From the human T2T-CHM13v2.0 reference genome, Homo sapiens: DNA of 64,000 nt. Under the pieces are notes generated by a model, which did not search any database, had not been told where the DNA came from, and saw nothing but the letters and a program-made list of their open reading frames with translations. Location of the stretch: assembly GCF_009914755.1 (NCBI RefSeq), contig NC_060942.1; one strand, given 5' to 3'. This document shows, one piece after another, positions 11,463 through 26,492 of this stretch; the stretch's first letter is position 1, and each line of letters begins with the position of its first letter. The translations under genes were made by a program, and so were the position numbers.

Positions 11463-14400
11463 CCATTGTGACATATTGCAGGAAACAAAATCCAGGTGAT
11501 GTAACTCTTGTCTAGCCTCTGCCTACAGGAGGCATTGTGACATATCTCTACACTGATCACACAGGTGATGGAACTCTTGTCTAGGCTCTGCCTATGGGGG
11601 CACTGTGATAGATCTCTGCACTGATCACCCAAGTGATGTAATACTTGTCTACACTCTGCCTACGGCAGCTTTGACATATGTCTGCACTGATGACCCAGAT
11701 GATGTAACTCTTGTCTAGTCTTTTCCTATGTGGGTTTTGTGACTTGTCTCTGCACTGATCGCCCAGATGATGTAACTTTTGTCTAGGCTCTGCTTACTTG
11801 GAGGATTGTGACATATCTCTGCAAAGATCACCCAGATGATGTAACTCTCCTCTAGGCTCTGCCTACTGGGGGCATTGTTACATATCTCTGCACTGATCAC
11901 CCAGGTGATGTAACTCTTGTGTTGGATCTGCCTATGGGGGCATTGCAACATATTTCTGCACTGATCACCCAGGTGATGTAACTCTTGTCTAGGCTCTGTC
12001 TACTGGGGGCATTGTGACATATTTCTGCACTGATCACCCAGGTGATAGGACTCTTGTCTAGGCTCTGCCTACTGGAGCATTGTGACATATCTCTGCCCTT
12101 ATCACCCAGGTGATGTAACTCTTGTCTAGGCTCCGCCCACAGGGGGCATAGTGACATATCACCGTACTGATCATCCAGGTAATATAATTCTTGTCTAGGC
12201 TCTGCCTACAGGGGGCATTGTGAAATATCTCTGCACTGATCATCTAGGTGATGTAACTCTTGTCTACACTCTGCCTGCAGGGACATTGTGAGATATCTCT
12301 GCACTGATCAACCAGGTGATGTAACTCTTGTCTAGGCTCTGCTTACGGGGGTATTGTGACATAGCTCTGCACTGATCACCTAAGTGATGTAACACTTGTG
12401 TAGGCTCTGCCTACATGGGCATTGTGACACATCTCTGAACTGATCAACCAAGTGATGTAACTCTTGTCTAGGCTCTGCCTATGGGGGCTTTGTGACATAT
12501 CTCTGCACTGATCACCCTGGTGATGGGACTTTTGTCTACGCTCTGCCTATGGGGGCATTGTGACATATCTCTACACTGATCACCCAGGTGATGTAACTCT
12601 TGTGTTGGATCTGCCTATGGGGGCATTGTGACATATTTCTGCACTGATCACCCAGGGGATGGGACTGTTGTCTAGGCTCTGTGTATGGGGGCTTTGTGAC
12701 ATATCTCTGCACTGATCACTCAGGTGATGTAACGCTTGACTAGGCTCTGCCTACTGGGGCATAGTGACATATCACTGCATTGATCACTCAGGTGATGTAA
12801 CTATTGTCTAGGCTCTGCTTAAAGGGGCCTTGTCACATATCTCTGCACTGATCACCCAGGTGATGGAACACTTGTCTAGGCTCTGCCTACATGGGCATTG
12901 TGACACATCTCTGAACTGATCAACAAAGTGATGTAACTCTTGTCTAGGCTCTGCCTACAGGGGCTTTGTGACATATCTCTGCACTGATCACCCAGGTGAT
13001 GGGACTTTTGTCTAGGCTCTGTCTACGGGGGCATTGTGACATATCTCTACACTGATCACCCAGGTGATGTAACTCTTGTGTTGGATCTGCCTATGGGGGC
13101 ATTGAGACATATTTCTGCACTGATCACCCAGGTGATGTAACACTTGTGTTGGATCTGCCTATAGGGGCATTGTGACATATTTCTGCACTGATCACCCAGG
13201 TGATGGGACTCTTGTCTAGGCTCTGTGTATGGGGGCTTTCTGACATATCTCTGCACTGATCACCCAGGTGATGTAACGCTTGACTAGGCTCTGCCTACGG
13301 GGCACAGTGACATATCACTGCATTGATCACCGAGGTGATGTAACTCTTGTCCAGGCTCTGCCTATAGGGGGCCTTGTGACGTATCTCTGCACTGATCATC
13401 TAGGTGATGTAACTCTTGCTTACGCTCTGCCTGCAGGGGCATTGAGAAATATCTCTTTACTGATCAACCAGATGATGTAACTCTTGTCTAGGCTCTGCCT
13501 ACAGGGGGCATTGTGGCATAACTCTGCACTGATCACCCAGGTGAAGGGACTCTTCTCTAGGTTCTGCCTACTGGGGGCATTGTCACATATTTCTGCAGTG
13601 ATCACCCAGGTGACTGACTCTTGTCTTGGATTTGCCTATGGGGGCAATGTGACATACCTCTGCACTGATCACCCAGGTGATGTAACTCTGGTCTAAGCTC
13701 TGCCTAAAGGGGCATTGTGACAGATCTCTGCACTGATCACTCAGGTGATGTAACTATTGTCTAGGCTCTGCTTAAAGGGGCCTTGTCACATATGTCTGCA
13801 CTGATCACCCAGGTGATGTAACTCTTGTCTAGGCTCTGCTTACAGGGGGTATTGTGACATATCTCTGCACTGATCACCTAAGTGATGTAATACTTGTGTA
13901 GGCTCTGCCTACAGGGGCATTTTGACATATCTCTGCACTGTTAACCGAGGTGATGTAACTCTTGTCTAGGCTGTGCCCACAGGGGGATTGAGACATATCT
14001 CTGCACTGATCCCGAGGTGATCCAACTCTTGCCTGGTCTCTGCCTACTGGGGACATTGTGACATATCTCTGCACTGATCTCCCAGGTGCTGTAACTTTTG
14101 TCTAGGCTCTGGCTACACAGCATTGTGACATATGACTGCACTGATCACCCAGGTGATATAACTCTTGTCTAGGCTCTGCCTACAGGGGGCTTGTGACATA
14201 TCTCTGCACTGATCACCCAGGTGATATAACTCTTCTCTAGGATCTGCCTACAGGGTGCTTTGTGACATATCCCTGCAATGATCACCCAGGTGATGTACCA
14301 CTTGTCAAGGCTCTGCCTACAGGGGCATTGCGATGTATCTCTGCACTGATCACCTAGGTCATGTAACTCTTGTCTAGGCTCTGCCTACAGTGGCATTGTG

Positions 14401-17400
14401 ACATATCTCTGCACTGATCACCCAAGTAATGGGACTCTTGTCTAGGATCTGCCTAAAGGGACTTTGTGACATAACTCTGCACTAATCATCCAGGTGATGG
14501 GGCTTTTGTCTAGGCTCTGCCTAAGGGGGCATTGTGACGTATTTCTGCACTGATCACCCAGGAGACGGACTCTTGTCTTGGATCTGCCTATGGGGGCATT
14601 GTGACATATATCTGCACTGATCACCCAGGTGATGTAACTGTTGTATAAGCTCTGCCTACAGGGGAATTGTGAGAGATCTCGCCACTGATCACCCAAGTGA
14701 TGTAACTATTGTCTAGGCTTTGGCCTACAGGGGGCTTTGTGACATACCTTTGCTCTGATCACCCAGGTGATGTAACTCATCTAAGCTCTGCCTACAGGAG
14801 CTTTGTGACATATCTCTGCACTGATCACTTAGGTGATGTAACACTTTTATAAGCACTGCCTACAGGGAATTTCGACAAATCTCTGCACTGATCACCTAGG
14901 TGATGTAACTCTTGTCTACCCTCTGCCTACAGGGGGCGTTGTGAAATATCTCTGCACTGATCACCCAGGTGATGCAACTCTTGACTAGGATCTGCCTACA
15001 GGAGGTATTGTGAAATATCTCTGCACTGATCAACTAGGTGATGTAACTCTTGTCTAAGCTCTGCCTGCAGGGGCGTTTTCACATATCCCTGAACTGATGA
15101 CAAAGGTGATGTAACTCTTGCCTAGGCTTTGCCTACAGGGGACATTGTGACATATCTCTGCACTGATCACCCAGGTGATGCAACTCTTCTCTGTGCTCTG
15201 CCTACAGGGTACATTGTGACATATCTCTGCACAGATCACCCAGGTAATGTAACTCTTTTCTAGTCTCTGCCTACAGAGGGCGTTGTGACATCACTCTGCA
15301 CGGATCACCTGGGTTATGTAACTCTTGTCTAGGCTCTGCCTACAGGGGCATTGTGACGTATCTCTGCACTGATCACAGAGGTGATGTAACTCTTGTTTAG
15401 GCTCTGCCTACTGGAGACATTGTGACATATCTCCGCACTGATCACCCAGGTGATGTCACTTTTGTCAAGGATATGGCTACAGGGACATTGTGACATATCT
15501 CTGCACTGATCACCCAGGTGATGTAACCCTTGTCTAGGCTCTGCCAAAAGGGGGCATTGTGACATAACTCTGCACTGATCACCCAGGTGATGGGACTCTT
15601 GTCTAGGCTCTGCCTACAGGGGCATTGTGACATATCTCTGCAGTGATCACGCAGGTGATGTAACTCTTGTCTATATCTGTCTACTGGTGGCATTGTGGCA
15701 TATTTCTGCACTGATCACCCAGGTGATGGACTCTTGTCTTGGATCTGCCTATGGGGGCATAGTGACATATCTCTGCACTGATCACTCATGTGATGTAACG
15801 CTTGTCTAAGCTGCGCCTAAAGGCGAATTGTGACAGATATCTCCACTGATCACCCAGGTGATGTAACTCTTGTCTAGGCCCCACCTACAGGGGGTATTGT
15901 GACGTATCTCTGCAGTGATCACCCAGGTGATGTAACACTCATCTAGGCTCTGCCTACAGGGGCGTTTTGACATAGCTCTGCACAGATCATCTAGGTTATG
16001 TAACTTTTGTCCACTCTCTGCCTACAGGGGGCATTGTGAAATATCTCTGCACTGATCACCCAGGTGATGGGACTCTTCTCTATACTCTGCCTAGAGGGGG
16101 ATTTGTGACATATCTCTGCACTGATCACCCAGGTGATGGAAGTCTTGTCTAGGCTCTGTCTATGGGGGCATTGTGTCAAATATCTGCACTGATCACCCAG
16201 GTGATGTAACTCTTGTCTAGGCTCTGTCTACAGGGATTTTTGTGACATATCACTGCACTGATCACCTAGGTGATGTAAACCTTGTATGGGCTTTGCCTAC
16301 AGAAGGCTTTGTGACATATCTATGCACTGATCTCTGAGGTGATTCAACTCTTGTCTAGGCACTGCCTACAGGGCACATTGGTACATATCTCTGCACTGAT
16401 CACCCAGGTGATGGACCCTTGTCTTAGATCTGCCTACATGGACATTGTGACACATCTCTGAACTGATCAACCAAGTGATGAAACTCTTGTCTAGGCTCTG
16501 CCTACAGGGGCTTTGTGACACATCTCTGCACTGATCACCCTGGGGAGGGAACTCTTGTCTACGCTCTGCCTACAGGGGCTTTGTGACACATCTCTGCACT
16601 GATCACCCTGGGGAGGGAACTCTTGTCTACGCTCTGCCTACAGGAGGCTTTATGACTAATACTTACACTGATAACCTAGGTGATGTAACACTTGTCTAGG
16701 CTCTGCCTACACGGGAATTCTCACATATCTCTGCACTGATAACCTAGGTGATGTAACACTTGTCTAGGCTCTGCCTACAAGGGAATTCTCACATATCTCT
16801 GCACTGATCCCCCAGGTGATGTAACTCCTGTCTAGGTTCAGCCTACAGGAGCGTTTTGACATATCTCTGCACTGATCACCCAGGTGATGTAACACTTGTC
16901 CAAGCTCTGCCTACAGGGGCATTGTGACAGATCTCTCCAATGCTCACTCAGGAGATGTAAAAATTGTCTGGGCTTTGCTTACAGGGGGCTTTGTGATATA
17001 TATTTCCACTGATCAAACAGGTGATGTAACCCTTGTCAAGGTTCTGCTTAAAGCGGCTTTGTGAGATATCTCTGCACTGATCAGCCCAGGGAGGGAACAC
17101 TTGTCTACACTCTGCCTACAGGAGGCTTTATGACTTATCCCTGCACTGATCACTAGGTGATGTAACAATTGTCTAGGCTCTGTCTACACGGGAATTTTCA
17201 CATACCTCTACACTGATCACCTAAGTGATGTAACCCTTGTCTAGGTTCAGCCTACTAGGGAGATCTGACACACATCTGCACTGATCACCGAGGTGATGTA
17301 AATCATTTCCAGGCTTTTTCTACAGGGGACATTGTGACATATCTCTGCACTGATCACCCAAATGGTGCAAATCTTCTCTAGGATCCACAGGGAGGGGGCA

Positions 17401-17460
17401 TTGTGACATATCTCTGAACTGATCATCCAGGAGATGCAACTCTACTCCAGGCTTTGCCTA
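11463..17460. repeat. Beta satellite (68-bp Sau3A family) array, about 6.0 kb
   Basis: unit gatcacccaggtgatgtaactcttgtctaggctctgcctacagggggcattgtgacatatctctgcact repeated with divergence. Confidence 0.98.
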
Positions 17461-17575
17461 GACAGCGTCGGAAGGTGGGGGGAGAGACTCAGCCAGAATT
17501 TCACGGACAAACAAGGGCACAGAGAGGCCAGCGAGCTCCCTTGCACGTCAGCCGGGGTGCGCACTGCGCGCAGGT
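17385..17575 (-). pseudogene. DUX4: DUX4 exon 3 (pLAM) homolog lacking the poly(A) signal
   Basis: minus strand ctag|ACCTGCGCGCAGTGCGCACCCCGGCTGACGTGCAAGGGAGCTCGCTGGCCTCTCTGTGCCCTTG...; PAS position reads GTCACA. Confidence 0.88.
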
Positions 17576-17995
17576 CTAGCCAGGAGGCCGGCAAAGACAG
17601 CCAGAGGTGTGCCTTCGACCGCCAGGCGCTCCGTGCTGGCAGCCGGGAGGCCGCAGGGGCCCGGGCGGGCGGGCGACGGTGGCGCGCAGGCGCAGAGGAG
17701 GCGAGCCGCCGGAGGGTGTCAGGCCTGGACGCTGCGCGGGCCCGGCGTTTCGCGGGACGGGGGTCTCCACCCAGCGCAGGGGACGACGCGTTCTCCGGGG
17801 GTGGGGGGTGGGGGTGGGGAGGGGCCCAGGGGACGACGCGTTTTCCGGGGGCGGGGGGTGGGGGTGGGGAGGGGGCGGTCAGGCGGCGGGGTGGGGCGGT
17901 GGAGAGGCGGGAGAGCTCTGTCCCGGCTGCTCCCACAGCCCAGGCGGCTGCCCGCAAACCCGCGCGTGCGCAGTAGGCGGCCCACCTGCTGGTAC

Positions 17996-18071
17996 CTGGG
18001 CCGGCTCTGGGATCCCCGGGATGCCCAGGAAAGAATGGCAGTTCTCCGCTGTGTGGAGTCTCTCACCGGGC
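17996..18071 (-). pseudogene. DUX4: DUX4 exon 2 homolog (non-coding) with intact AG/GT
   Basis: ctag|GCCCGGTGAGAGACTCCACAC...GAGCCGGCCCAG|gtacc. Confidence 0.85.
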
Positions 18072-18078
18072 CTAGACC
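18056..18078 (-). ncRNA. MIR8078: Sequence matching annotated mature miR-8078 (D4Z4-derived; status as a true miRNA uncertain)
   Basis: minus strand GGTCTAGGCCCGGTGAGAGACTC matches my recollection of hsa-miR-8078. Confidence 0.6.
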
Positions 18079-18221
18079 TAGAAGGCAGGAATCCCAGGCC
18101 GGTCAGCCCGGTGGAGGGGGCGGGGCGGAGACACGCCCCTCCGTAGCCAGCCAGGTGTTCCCCGCGAAAGAGAGGCCACCGCCCTGCCCCGAACCACCCG
18201 ACCCCGTCCCAACCCCGCGTC

Positions 18222-18323
18222 CTAAAGCTCCTCCAGCAGAGCCCGGTATTCTTCCTCGCTGAGGGGTGCTTCCAGCGAGGCGGCCTCTTCCGAGGCCTCC
18301 AGCTCCCCCGGGGCCTCCGTTTC
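18222..18323 (-). pseudogene. DUX4: DUX4-like fragment: C-terminal 33 codons plus stop, homeodomains absent
   Basis: translates [33 protein letters not shown], the DUX4 C-terminus. Confidence 0.95.
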
Positions 18324-18611
18324 TGGGAAAGGGTTAGACACAGAGTAAGTTGCCTTTGATTGAATTTTAAAGGGGTTGAGAGCTAACTTTTGATAATTAT
18401 TTTTAGACTTAAAATTTATTTTATATTTTGTGTTACTTCAGCACTGTTACCTACTTTTCTGTTTTTCTTAAGCATAAATGTTGACATTATATTAAATCTT
18501 CAGCAAAATGTGAGAAGGAAAAATGTATATACTTATTTCATGTATTTGGAAGACAACTTTTTTAGTTCAAGTGTTTAGTAGTTTGAGTTCAGAGAGCATT
18601 TCAAAAAGTAT

Positions 18612-19246
<635 letters not shown>

Positions 19247-19779
19247 GTAGGATTCTTTGGTCATTATTAAGGGGAAATATAAATATATCTGTTCTTTTGT
19301 AATGATAGGTCAAAGAGGCCTATAATATGGTATTTTTTCTTATATTCATTCTAAAATCTTTTCTTAAGTATTGCTGCTTATATTATCATAGATTATGTAG
19401 TATGTATAAAGATGAGTAAATTCCATCATTAAGGACCTTACCGACTAGTAGGAGAAAAGGCAGAACATATTCAACAAAATATATATTCAAAGTCAAGTCT
19501 GGTAACTGCTTTTTAAAAGAAATATATATATAAAATAAAGTATTATCATCCCTTTGAAATTAAGTATTTGTGGAGCTGGTTATAGTTAGAATGTAAAAAG
19601 AATTAAGCAAGTTCTAGAGAATACTCTTACTTTATTTTCTATTTTTTTAATAAACAGCTTTAGTTGTCAAAATTTAAATTATCAGCTTAAGTGAAATAAT
19701 ACATAAACACTAGTATGAAAGATACTATCTTTCAACTAAGTTAAATACTTTTTAGATTGATGAGAGATTTCTTTCCTCT

Positions 19780-22600
<2,821 letters not shown>

Positions 22601-22633
22601 TTTGTAAATGGCCTATATTTATTTTCATTTTAG

Positions 22634-22712
22634 TAAACTGTTTCACGTTAGACCTGTAACCCAAGGAGATGTGTATAGAGCTGAAACTGAAGAAATTCCT
22701 AAAATATTCCAG
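22634..22712 (+). pseudogene. ROCK1P1: ROCK1-derived exon (PH domain part)
   Basis: ttttag|TAAACTG...TTCCAG|gtaaaa; [26 protein letters not shown]. Confidence 0.95.
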
Positions 22713-22834
22713 GTAAAAATCTGAAGTTATAATTTTAAAGAATCTAAGTCCTAAGCGTTTTTGTGAAGTAAATGTAAAATATACCAATGCTTAAGATTTT
22801 TAAAATCTTTTCCTTTCACCATTCCTGAATGTAG

Positions 22835-23096
22835 ATACTATATGCAAATGAAGGTGAATGTAGAAAAGATGTAGAGATGGAACCAGTACAAGAAGCTGAA
22901 AAAACTAATTTCCAAAATCACAAAGGCCATGAGTTTATTCCTACACTCTACCACTTTCCTGCCAATTGTGATGCCTGTGCCAAACCTCTCTGGCATGTTT
23001 TTAAGCCACCCCCTGCCCTAGAGTGTCAAAGACGCCATGTTAAGTGCCACAGAGATCACTTAGATAAGAAAGAGGACTTAATTTGTCCATGTAAAG
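22835..23096 (+). pseudogene. ROCK1P1: ROCK1-derived exon (C1 cysteine-rich domain)
   Basis: gtag|ATACTA...TGTAAAG|gtaagg; ILYANEGECRKDVEMEPVQEAEK...HEFIPTLYHFPANCDACAKPLW...CPCK. Confidence 0.96.
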
Positions 23097-23269
23097 GTAA
23101 GGCATGGTAATTATTGTTACAACTTATAACAAATTTAGTTTTAAGTCTCAATGAACTAACTTATGTGTAGTGATTTCTATACCAAGTTGAAAAGAGATTA
23201 TAAAAAGTATTATTTTGACACTGGTGGGGCAATATGCAGCTATTTACAGATTTAGCTTTTAAAAATGTT

Positions 23270-23593
<324 letters not shown>

Positions 23594-24088
23594 TAAAGAG
23601 AATCACCCCCTTGTAAACAAACAAAAACAAACAAACATGCTGCTAAGAAATTATTCCAAGTTGGAGAGAAGAGCAACAGGTGAGTTCCACTCTATTCCTC
23701 CCTTGAGTTTTTCCTCTTCTTTTTGTCTGGCATTCACTGCCTGGATCAGCATGCATGCTGTATCACAGAATATCTTCTAGTTTTACAGAGGTAGCTTGAG
23801 GGAAAGAATACAGACCATAGCTATTTTCAGATAAGAAGCTTATGTTCTTTAAATACATTTATTTGTTTTACATTTTTTTATATTTCTGATTTTACTTTAT
23901 TAGTTTGACTAATTTTTTTTTTAATTTCAGCCTTATTTAACTTAAGGAGAATGAGATATTGTTCATGCTTAATTAAGCATATTAAAACTTTTAAAACCTT
24001 AAGAACTTGAAAAACTATGCATTTGATAGGTTGGATTTTAAAAAACTATATGGCTTTAATTATGCTTTTTTTTTCCTCCTTAACATAG

Positions 24089-24296
24089 TAAGTTATGATG
24101 TAACATCAGCAAGAGATATGCTGCTGTTAGCATGTTCTCAGGATGAACAAAAAAAATGGGTAACTCATTTAGTAAAGAAAATCCCTAAGAATCCACCATC
24201 TGGTTTTGTTCGTGCTTCCCCTTGAACGCTTTCTACAAGATCCACTGCAAATCAGTCTTTCCGGAAAGTGGTCAAAAATACATCTGGAAAAACTAG
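24089..24296 (+). pseudogene. ROCK1P1: ROCK1-derived penultimate exon with premature stop at 24223-24225
   Basis: catag|TAAGTTATG...AACTAG|gtaagg; VSYDVTSARDMLLLACSQDEQKKW...RASP*TLSTRSTANQSFRKVVKNTSGKT. Confidence 0.96.
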
Positions 24297-24744
24297 GTAA
24301 GGATTTGAAATGCTAACGTTTTTAACAATGTGAAAATGATTGGATAACAGCTATTAAAATCAGAAATCTAATTGTGCTTTTCACCACAGAGGGCATCATT
24401 TTTAGGTATTTGTATGTGAATTGCAGTGACTTTATAAATTAGTTTAACTTATTCTTGTTAGAGTTTAATAATAATAATACATGCAATATTATATTTATTT
24501 AGTTCTGTGTCTAATTTTATTGTCATAAGTTGCTGTACATGGCATAGTTTTAGCCCTTAATGCTTTAACCAACTTGTTAATTTTTTTAATGCAGAAATTC
24601 ATATAAAACTTTTCATCATCTTTTCTGTTTTTTAACTGTGTTGGCATAGTTTTTCTACAAAAACCAAAATTGTTTTTCCCTTTTTTGTTAACTTCCCATA
24701 CTATCCCAACATACAAAATTATTTGGTATTATCAGTGACTATGT

Positions 24745-25075
24745 TTTTTTAATTATTATACTTTAAGTTCTGGGATACATGTGCAGAACATGCAGGTTTG
24801 TTACATGGGTATACACGTGCCATGGTGGTTTGCTGCACCCATCAACCCATCATCTACATTAGGTATTTCTCCTAATGCTATCCCTCCCCTAGCCCCCCAC
24901 CCCCCGACAGGCCCTGGTGTGTGACGTTCCCCTCCCTGTGTCCATGTTTTCTCATTGTTCAACTCCCACTTACGAGTGAGAACCTGTGGTGTTTGGTTTT
25001 CTATTCCTGTGTTAGTTTGCTGAGAATGATGGTTTCCAGCTTCATCCATGTCCCTTCAAAGGATGTGAACTCATG
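24745..25075 (-). mobile_element. L1PA 3' end fragment
   Basis: ttattatactttaagttctgggatacatgtgcagaac...cccacttacgagtgagaac. Confidence 0.92.
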
Positions 25076-25076
25076 A

Positions 25077-25778
<702 letters not shown>

Positions 25779-26492
25779 AGTTAACTCTTTCTTGGACAGA
25801 AATTATGAAATCTCATCTCATTAAGTTCTCATTTTACACATTAGTAAATAAGGCTCAGAGAAATTAAGCAGTTTGCTCAATCACACAGCCAATGGATTGG
25901 AAACCATTTCTGTCCAATTCTAAAGCCTATGTTGTCCAATTCCAAAGCCTCTATTCTACCACATACCACCTTCCCTAGAGTGTACTCCCTAGATTAATAG
26001 GGCCACTCGAATGAGAAGCTGAGACCTAACACTGATCTGCCTCGCTGCCAGTGTCACCCACATCTTCCAAGCAGGCTGAAAGCCATCCTGAATTCATCCC
26101 TTTTGTTCATGCCCTATTGTCAGTAACCAGGCCTAATTCTTTGAAATGACTTATATCCTTTCCTTTCTCAGCCACCATACTATGCCAGGTATTATCACCT
26201 TACTGCTAACTTAATTCTGTAGAATGCTATGTCAGCCTTCTCCTGAGCATAGGTTGTAAACTGGCTCTAAAATGATTTGAAATGGGATTATAGCTGAGTA
26301 AGAAAATGTGTAGAAACAAAGAGGAGAGAATACTAAGTATATTTTTCCTATTCCTTGTTTTCCAAATTTTGTGTAATTGTTAATTATTGTATGTAAAGAT
26401 AATGTATATTTACCTTTCCTCCTAATGTTTGTTTCTCGTATTTTTAAACTGAGTGCATTTCTTAAATTAGTTTTTCCCCCCTCCCTCAACAG

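Larger units (their letters stand above)
17576..18324 (-). repeat. Partial D4Z4 macrosatellite sequence (CpG-rich), spanning the KpnI unit boundary at 17991-17996
   Basis: GGTACC flanked by D4Z4 sequence; very high GC and CpG content. Confidence 0.93.

Noticed and set aside
11463-17460. CRISPR-like regular array and many short repetitive ORFs
   Set aside because: Tandem 68-bp satellite with no unique spacers, no cas genes, and a eukaryotic context.
17434-18262. 170-217 aa ORFs over D4Z4, and a possible functional DUX4 gene
   Set aside because: High-GC open frames. Homeodomains, promoter and start are absent; only the last 33 DUX4 codons remain.
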